From Octopus vulgaris (Eukaryota): a stretch of DNA of 64,000 bases. Both the position numbers and the translations under genes were made by a program. This document shows positions 54,864 to 64,000 of the stretch, in pieces (within the stretch, counting starts at the first letter, position 1; each line of letters starts with the position of its first letter). Location of the stretch: NCBI GenBank assembly GCA_951406725.2, contig OX597832.1, positions 31,558,001 to 31,622,000 on the forward strand. The letters are read 5' to 3'. The notes beneath the pieces are model-generated. The model was not told the DNA's origin. It did no database searches and was given only the letters and a program-made list of their open reading frames with translations.

Positions 54864-55470
54864 ATGACTGCTGTTCAATGCCCTGAGAACATTGTAAAGG
54901 CTGTAAGCCGTGACATGAACAGCTGCAACGGAGACTACAAAGCCATGACTTGCAAGAAGGGACACAGTAGGTGTTCTGCCTGCGTCTATAGGCCAATACT
55001 GATTCCCACATCTCTGAACGGGGCCTTAGTCTCAATTCAGACGGCTATGTGAAGCTGATGGGGATTGTGGTCAAACCCTGGCCGAAGAGGATTGCTGCTG
55101 GATTCAGATTCTTGCCATACCTTTGGCAAAAGTCAGAAGTGGTTATCAGAGAATTTCCATCACTTGAACAACTCCAATTTCTTGCCGCCTAATTCCCCAC
55201 CCCCGATTGTAATGCGACGAGTTACTATGTATGGGGCGCGGTCGAGGATGACGCCAACCGCTCTGCCTGCGACCGCGAGGCCGAGTTGAATGCCAGAACT
55301 TAAGAGAGGTGTTCGAAGATCTTCTCAGGGACACAGTGAAGAACACATGCGCCAGTTTCTGGGGCTATCTTAAGACCACCGTGGAAGCTGAGGGCAGCTA
55401 CTTTGAGCAAACTGTTATCGGCCAACAACAATCTAGCTAACATTGTTTCATATTTTAGGCCGGGAATTTC
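54864..55470 (+). mobile_element. Internally deleted Tc1/mariner DD37D-like transposase remnant
   Basis: C-terminal part GLSLNSDGYVKL..VVKPW..CHTFGKSQKWLSENF..LPPNSP.DCN..YYVWGAVE..VEAEGSYFE (55007-55410). The upstream ..NSCNGDYKAMTCKKGHSRCS.. may be the N-terminus (weaker). Confidence 0.8.
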
Positions 55471-56101
55471 GTATGCATATATATGTGTGTGTGTGTGTGT
55501 GTGTGTATGTGTGTGTGTGATTGTATGTGTGTGTGTGCGTGCTTGCAAGTGTGTGTATGTGTGTATGTGTGTGTGTCTGCATGTATACAAACATACACAC
55601 ACATACACACACACACATATGTAACGTGGCTTTATGCATATGGACAAAGCTAACAAATTCACAACTACCCACCCGGCTCTCCTAAACAACAAAAATAAAA
55701 TAAAATAAAACCAACGCGAAAAAATTGCCAGTTATTTGTTCAGAGCAAACTGTAGGCTTGTACAGCAAATCGGTGAAAAAAAAACCTTCTCCGTATTGAC
55801 CGGACAGAATTGAACGCGTCCTGCACCAGACTATTGAATCGACCGTTTCTCTTGTTTGCGTTGCTCGTTAGTTTTTTTATTAAAATGTTTCAGCTTGTGA
55901 TAATTTTAGTATTATTTGACCTGTTTTTCTATTAGTTTTCTTATTTTATTTTATTTTTGTTATCTTTCTTTTTTTTTAGAAATAAAGTTAACTAATTCTC
56001 AGCTGTCACCTAAAATTGAATATTGAATATATACTAAATATATATATATATATATCGTGTAAATATATCTATGTATATATAAAATCATATGCATGTGCAC
56101 G

Positions 56102-56168
<67 letters not shown>

Positions 56169-56369
56169 GAGTTTATATGTATGTACACACACGCAAGCAT
56201 ACACATACATACACGGATGCATCTATACATATGTGCATACACAAATACCGTTGTATCCTACGCAACATATTGAAGCAGTGCACAGTAAGTTCTTGTTGTT
56301 AAGTGTAATTCAAGCGAATGTGTATGTATGTATGTATGTATGTATGTATGTGCGTGTGTATGTGCAGTG

Positions 56370-56439
<70 letters not shown>

Positions 56440-56857
56440 TAATAATAATAATAGCAATGTGATGTGTGAGCGGGTGTGCGAACGAATATACGATAGCAAA
56501 GAATGAATCTATCAAATTACAAAATACCCAGTTTATAAATATCATTTGATTGGAAGCCTTGATAACTCTGAATGGTAATTCAGTCGGATTCCAAAGTCAT
56601 AACTTTGAATGCTTGTGAAGCTCGCTTTCAAATAAATACCTTTGAATGTTAATTCGACAAACATACAAAGTTATAGCAGTGACATCGTATTTAGTTAGTA
56701 TTGAAATTTGGTACTCAGTCTGTCTACATCGGCATTCAAAAAGTAGCTTTCAATGGGTATTCGGTTTGCCTCTTGGAGTTGGTAACTCTGTGTCATTTAA
56801 CTTGATTTGTGTTCGATAAATTGGGAACCAGAAATGTGAAGATATATATACTGTTAC

Positions 56858-57008
56858 AGGTGTGGCGGCGTGGTAAGCTTTTGCTTCCCAGCCACATGGT
56901 TCCGGGTTCAGTTCGACTACATGGTACCTTGAGTTTCTGCTTCAGACTTGGAACCGACCAAAGACCTGTGAATCGATTTGATAGACGGAAACTGAAAGAA
57001 CCCCGTCG
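56858..57008 (+). mobile_element. SINE family B head
   Basis: CAGGTGTGGCGGCGTGGTAAG..CCACATGGTTCCGGGTTCAG..GACGGAAACTGAAAGAACCCCGTCG. Confidence 0.8.
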
Positions 57009-57074
57009 GAAATCGAACCCTTGAGTGTCTTACATAATAAGGCACTAAAAGAGGATGACTCTCCCCAGACACAG

Positions 57075-57165
<91 letters not shown>

Positions 57166-57174
57166 CATACATAG

Positions 57175-57205
<31 letters not shown>

Positions 57206-57631
57206 AATACATACATATATATGCATGTATGTATATATATATATACACTTATTTCTTAAATTAATATAGGGTACAAAAAAATTATAGAAATGTTTTCTAC
57301 CAGTGGCCTAGTATGTATACTAAGTCAATAGACATAGTTTTCATATAAAAATTCGTGTATATTTATACACAAAGAGGCAAGCCATTACCAGGTTGCCTAA
57401 CATACTAGAAAGAACAGTCAAAAAGTTCAAACCACAGTTAACAGTAATTTCGAAGGAATGAGAACTTCGCCTTGCAAATTATTTTATTTGATAATTAAAT
57501 TTCGAAACCTAAGGTCCGGCCACTAGTATATATGCTGCCCTTATTGTAACAACATCTCATTAATATGTAATCGATTTGTTCTTATATATATATTTTATCA
57601 TTTCGAAAGCATTATGATATTTGAATATACT

Positions 57632-57699
57632 TCTATGATAATAAATACGAAAGCGAATGCCAGTGTGTCAGTGTGTCACACTTTTTCAAATTTACTCCT

Positions 57700-57739
<40 letters not shown>

Positions 57740-58795
57740 ATTCAATGACACTTCTACTATTCCTCATACTTTACCCCTCTCTCACTATTCAATGAGACTT
57801 CTATCTGTATTAAGTAATTTAACCCTAACGCTTGCTTCATAACGTTCGGAATTGAAATATTGAACTCACTCTCTCATACAATATTACCCCTCATAAAACT
57901 CTACCATTAAAATGTTGGAAAATTAGTATTTTTCAGATATTGATAAAATTTGTCGGACCTATTTTCAACCCGTCGGGGCTATGAAAACCCAGCACACTCC
58001 GGCTGCAGGAAAATAGATTCGACTAATTTTATTATTACGTTAAATAATACTAAATCTACTCTCTAAAAAGTACTTTTTTCAATACTAAAATTTTGAAAAA
58101 GAATCTGTCTCTAATAACCATAACACGCGCTTCATAACGTTCGGAACTGAAGTACATAAAAATGTTGGAAACTTAGCATTTTTTCCAGATATCAATAAAA
58201 TTTGTAGGACCTATTTTATTATTACCTTAAAGAATACTAAAAAATACTGAATTTCAAACATCTTTATAGTCAAATACGTTTCGAGACATTCCAAACCATA
58301 AAAATCGCACTTTAAAATAGTGTTCAGCGACAATGGACTTATTTTCTTTCAAACAAACAGGAGTTTAGATACGTAGCAGCTACAAAAAATAATTGTTTGT
58401 ACGAAAAGTAAGGCCATACGAACATCGAATTGTCTTTAAATTTAGTGGCGGCAGAAGAATTATCGTTGAACTTTTAAAAGTTAAGTTTATTGTTGCCTAC
58501 GGCCAGCTATATGCTGGTTGTTCAAGGGTAAGGAATGGAAACAAGCTATTTTGTACTGACCCCGAATGAGAAGACAACAAATGTTTATCATGCAGCTTTG
58601 CAATAAGTTCCAACTCGACAAAGTATATCATTGTTTTGATGAAAACTGTTCATTGCTTGAAAAATATTGGTCAAGTTTAATAAAATTGAATATGTACTCA
58701 ATGCATGAAGTGTAATTGTTGGGCCCAAGACCCAATGAAAAACCCTCCACAGGAGCTAGTTAAAATGTCGCCCGATAGCGCGGCTTTTAAGCTAG
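57632..58795 (+). mobile_element. Putative non-autonomous Helitron with internal tandem duplication
   Basis: 5' TCTATGATAATAAATACG..; 3' GC hairpin GTCGCCCGATAGCGCGGC (58767-84), 7 nt, then CTAG|T (58792-96). Internal direct duplication ~57829-57966 / ~58126-58217. Confidence 0.55.
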
Positions 58796-59022
58796 TTTAA
58801 AATATATTTCGGATTTTAGTTTCTTTCTCGTTAGGATGGTAAAAGCGAGGGCACCCAATTATTACATATTAGTGAATTTAATATTGATAACTCTACTATT
58901 TTCACCATGTCTGAAATGAAAGATTAACTAAAAATATTTATAACTAATCGAATTTTAAAACACTTTTAAGAAAATTTGTGACTGTCTCAAATTTTCCTCT
59001 AATTTAGTCGAGTGCCTGTGTA

Positions 59023-59076
59023 GCCATACATCTGATGTATGACTCTCATTTCATGAAACCAATCCATACGTATGGC
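59023..59076 (+). ncRNA. Degenerate hammerhead-like motif
   Basis: GCCATAC..CTGATGT-ATGA-ctctcatt-TCAT-GAAA-CCAA-TC..GTATGGC: 7-bp outer stem and 4-bp helix II are intact; the core and helix III are mutated. Confidence 0.35.
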
Positions 59077-59199
59077 ATTCGTAAAAGACTGAAATAATTT
59101 GATAATAGTTTTCAACAGTGGTCAGAAGCTATCTTCTGGATCTCTCTCTCTGATCAGATGAAACAGAGTCTGATACCGCAGGTTTCGTGTATGTGGTTT

Positions 59200-59700
59200 T
59201 TAATATAAAAAAATCCACACCTCATTACCCTGGAAGGGATTCCTTAGCAAAGACACCTTCCACAACACATTAATGTATTCCACTTGTTTTCTATGTAAAT
59301 TAAAATTTTTCTGTTCTTGTCTTTGTCTAATTGTTTCTAGATTATTCTTTGCGACTGTCTTTGTCAATAGCAGCCTTACTCGCTCTACCACAAGGTGACT
59401 GGTGTACGGTGACTATCTCTTGATAATAGATAGTCCGTAGACTCGAAATGGGAGCAATTCTGTATGTGAAACTTCTCTGCACGACTTCGCTGCAATCTGG
59501 CCATGCGGTGAGCGAGTAAGGTCCGTTGCTACGAAGCATGTTAGGCTTTGTATATTTGTGGAATCTCGGGGGTCATGGACAAAGATGTCTTTCTTCATTT
59601 CTACCCTTAGAACTGGGTTTGGGTACTCGCAGAAGGGAAGCGAACCGAGGAGTTGATGTAGTTTAAAGATGACTCTATTGATGAACAATCGAAATCAAAC
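59200..59700 (-). pseudogene. Possible decayed N-terminal region of a Penelope-like ORF
   Basis: Overlapping minus-strand ORFs with ..TRSPHGQIAAK..TEL and ..LETIRQRQEQKNFNL, reminiscent of PLE N-termini; no catalytic motif. Confidence 0.25.
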
Positions 59701-60007
59701 ACGATGTTTTTGTGAAAGACCTTGAACATCTTTCGTTCATTGATGGTCTCGTCACTAGAATGGTCCTTTTACAAAGTCACTCGAAAATTTAGATTAATGC
59801 ACCCCTCCCCAGACAAACAAACTTCCCCCCTCTCTCTCTCTTGTACACGTGAACGCAATACAGATATATTTGCTAGTTGCTAAACCGGATTATTTACGTA
59901 TACCTGGCATTATTTTAATTTTAACCAATGAATAAGATGGTCTGCACGAAACCTTTAGATAGGAGAACAATAAACCATGTGTGTGTCTTTGTATGGTTAT
60001 GTTTGTG

Positions 60008-60124
<117 letters not shown>

Positions 60125-60197
60125 GTCTATTTGTAGTTATATACATATATGTATGCACATGTGCGTATGTTTGTATATATATTTCTATCAATATGTA

Positions 60198-60269
<72 letters not shown>

Positions 60270-61584
60270 CATATATATATACATATATGTACACACACAT
60301 ACGAACATACACACACACACACACAGACATATGTAAACTGCATTATTCACACACATGCGCAGGCATATGTATGAAGGAAAAAGAGAAGAAGAAAAAGAAG
60401 AAGAAGAAGAAGAAGAAGAAGAAGAAGAAGAAGAAGAAGAAGAAGAAGAAGAAGAAGAGAGAGAGAGAGAGAGAGAGTAGATGGGGATTTAGTAAAACTG
60501 TGTGCGTTGCAGAGACGAAGTGATAAAAGTAAGGGCAGCGTAGATGGGGAGGGGGTGACAGATACAATCTCAGGTAAAGGGTAAGATGAGAGTTGGTGAA
60601 AGGTATAAACTCAGGTAAAAGTAAAAATGTGAAAGGTGTAAATTGTAATTGAGATAAAAGCAAAGAGTGGCCGAGAAAACTGGCAGATGAGATTCGGTGC
60701 GGACGGTGTCAGTTTGGTTAGAGCTGTGGAAGGAAGGGTGGCGGGTTTGGTGGTGCTGGTGGAGGCCGTAGTGGTGTAGTCGATGGTGGTGGTGGTAACG
60801 GCGGTGGTGCTGGTGGTGGTGTTAAGAACTGTATGTTGGCCAGACAGGTAATGCACTTTATATATATATATAAATGAGTAAATATGTATAAATATCTATA
60901 TATATATATATATATATATGTAACATATGGTATAATCACAAACGGCAAATTTTGACCATTTCTCTGTAGACTGAAAAGAATGATTAACACTTTAATTGAT
61001 TTTCGAGCCTTATTGAGTTCTCATCAGAGGCGTCCACATCATTCTGACAGTCTCCAGAGAAACAAGCAGCCAAACTGCTTTATATACTCAACAAATGCAG
61101 CAGTTATTCTATGAAGGAGTCCCTAATTTGCATACCGGAAATGTTTAATCGTAACACTCTATAAATACCAGCAGCCTGAGTATTCTAGATGCACTAAAAG
61201 GTTGGAACTTCTAAGAACATAAAATGTCTGCTGGATAAGCGTGGACCCAGGGCTAAACAACAAAAACAGCAACAACAACAAGAACAGCAAGAACAAGAAC
61301 AACAACATCAAGAACAACAACAACAATTACAACAATAACGACGACTGTAACAGCAATATGGGAGTCCTTCTTCACCAGCGTTTGTTCCGGCCGGAATTCT
61401 GACTTGTTGATACCATTCCTGAAGATACAATCCTGGAACTGTTTAAGCAGAATATGAGCGACTTCAAACTGATCGGTCCTGGGATGGGGTGGAGGTTGAG
61501 GCGGCAAGGGGCGCTGGCCCTTCTTGCGCATTTAGTATATGGGGAAAAAAAGAAAAAAATCCTTACTAATACTATCAACACTAT

Positions 61585-62430
61585 CACCACCAGACAACAA
61601 CAGCCACAACAACAACTACAACACCATCACCACCACTACCACCGCTACTGCCACTACCGCCGCCGCCGCTGCTACCACCATCACCACCAAACCAGCAGCA
61701 GCAGCAGCATCAACAACACCACAGCTACAAAATCAGTGTCTAAATTAACAATAGGACAATATCAGAATCAGCAGCACTACCACCGCTTTTACGACACCAT
61801 CAATCCCACCGCCACCACCACAATTGCTGCAATAGCCACCAACACCGCCGCCATGGCCACCACCACCAATACCACCACCACCGCTATTACCAATAGTAAC
61901 AGCATCAATAATACAAATATAAAATCAGTCTTCATTCAAAATCATAACAAAGTACAATCAACAGCACCACCACCACCATCACAACTACCACCGCCACCAC
62001 CACCATCACCATTACCAGCGCTACCACCACCACCACCCTCATCACCACCAACGGCACCGCCACAATAACCACAACAAGACCAATAAAATTAATAAGACAA
62101 ACGAGTAAACAACAATACCACCACCACCACAACTCCTACCACCACCACCATCACTACCATCACAACACCATCACCACCACCACCACCACCATCACTGCCA
62201 CCATCACTACCACCACCACCCACCACCACCACCACCATCCACCACCACCATCACTGCCACCACCGCCACCACCACCGCCACCACCATCACTGCCACCGCC
62301 ACCACCACCACCACCGCCACCACCACCACCACTACCACCACCACCACCACCACCACTACCACCACCACCACCGCCACCACCACCACTGCCACCGCCACCA
62401 CTGCCACCGCCACCACTGCCACCGCCACCA
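61585..62430. repeat. (ACC/AAC/GCC)n-rich low-complexity tract
   Basis: Read directly from the sequence. Confidence 0.9.
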
Positions 62431-62703
62431 TGTACAAGAACAACAGAGAGCAAGTCTCGTAATAGGATAATCGACTAAAAGCTGAGAGAGGTATTCCGGC
62501 GAGACCCTATAATGTCATACCACTCGAAATTGCTGCAGTCTCTGGGGATCGAACCTTTCTCCAGTTTTTATTAATCAACCACTCCGCCACCATCACTAGT
62601 CTCCTAATTATATTGACTCCAAATCTCGCGAGATTTCCAGCCACCATTTAGATTTTTATATCATTTCCAATAGTGTTCAACTTGTGATTGTAATTATTGC
62701 GTA

Positions 62704-62792
<89 letters not shown>

Positions 62793-62921
62793 GCACACAC
62801 ACACAGAGGCATACACGCATATACTTATTCACTCAAACACATATACACATAAACGCACCGACACACGTATTATCTATCTATCTATGTGCGTGAATGTGTG
62901 TGTATCTCTCTAAGTATGTGC

Positions 62922-62981
<60 letters not shown>

Positions 62982-63641
62982 ATGCATGTGTGTATGTGTG
63001 TGTGCATGTTTATATCGATCCATATATCTATAACAATGTTTATCTGTCTATATATCTATCTGCTGTAAATATATATGTATATATATATATACATATATAT
63101 GTATATATATATCACGCGCACACATATACACACATTGCTTAAACATATACATCACTCTTACACACATTCAATCTACTCGCCACTAATACTACCACGACAC
63201 TGGACACACACACACACTACTACTCAACACACGCTGGCACGCTACATACGCCCCCACCCCTTCCCCTCCCTCCCTTCCTCCTTCCTCCCTTTTCTCACTA
63301 CTGACCTTTGTCTGCTATGCTGCTGCTATGCTGACCACCGTCTCGCCCTACCTCACACGCCTACACACAGACGCACACACTAACACATACATATATTTTT
63401 TGTTTTTTTACCTCGCCTCACACACACACATACACACACGCACACGCACACACTCACACATACACACACATCTGTTGCGTTACCAACCTTGTCTCCACTC
63501 TTTTGCCTTTAAAAACCCACTTTGCTCTTGTTATCGTAAACATCCGCCTTTCACCATGTGCTTCTGCTAACACCAGCCGTTTTTTTCTCTATCTCCGTTG
63601 CCCGCTCCGGGATCTTTCTTTCCTCTCTCTTCCTTCTTTAT

Positions 63642-63676
63642 GTTTCCGACGAAGAGCTCCGCTCGAAACGTCATAC
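63642..63676 (+). ncRNA. Compact minimal type-I hammerhead-like motif (CCGACGA core)
   Basis: GTTT-CCGACGA-A-GAGC-tcc-GCTC-GAAA-CG-TC-ATAC; helix II perfect, helix III reduced to the palindrome ACGT, helix I with one mismatch. Confidence 0.6.
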
Positions 63677-64000
63677 CTCCCTGCTTCCATTTCCTGAGCG
63701 CCTATTAATAATAATACTGTAATTGTTCCCTTGTTGTTGTTTTTTTGTTTCCCGTTTGGATTAAAATTATACCACTGCGCGCCTACACGGACCCCTTGTA
63801 CCTTGGATACTCAATTCCCGGATTTTTTGCACCTACGGATTATTGTTACCATTCATCCTGACCTACGGATCACCCGCAACCTTCTTCCGGAGTACTGCCA
63901 TTACCGTGATTGAAAATCATTACCTAATCTGTCCGTTGACTCTCAAATCTCTTTCCTGACTTTTTTCAACTTTGTTCTATTGTTTTCAAACCGTCTTCAC

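Noticed and set aside
60995-61030. Minus-strand CTGATGA-GAAC..GCTC-GAAA
   Set aside because: Mismatched helix II, no helix III palindrome and no helix I.
61454-62068. 204-aa Q/H/T/P-rich ORF resembling a transcription-factor low-complexity region
   Set aside because: Built from degenerate ACC/AAC repeats like others in the window; no DNA-binding domain or supportable exon boundaries.

Overview
AT-rich, extremely microsatellite-dense eukaryotic non-coding DNA. The SINE repertoire and repeat style resemble an octopod cephalopod (Octopus-like) genome; this is pattern recognition, not a database match. I could not support any host protein-coding exon, and nearly every ORF in the supplied track is a translation of simple repeats, so the window looks like intergenic or large-intron DNA. 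Recognisable content: many copies of 4-5 tRNA-derived SINE-like families (two with clear target-site duplications); three 5'-truncated R4/Dong-like restriction-endonuclease LINE ends, two of them sitting in different microsatellites; two decayed DD37D-type Tc1/mariner transposase remnants; decayed RTE-like and Penelope-like fragments; a probable ~1.2 kb non-autonomous Helitron; an initiator-tRNA-Met pseudogene fragment; and two minisatellites. The most interesting signals are (i) a dispersed set of minimal type-I hammerhead-ribozyme-like motifs with palindromic helix III, some with a CCGA core variant and very long helix II insertions, several followed by AATAAA as in Penelope/retrozyme termini, and (ii) recurrent (AT)n-centred foldback inversions that create long hairpins. 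No prokaryote-type system (CRISPR, operon, rRNA) is present.
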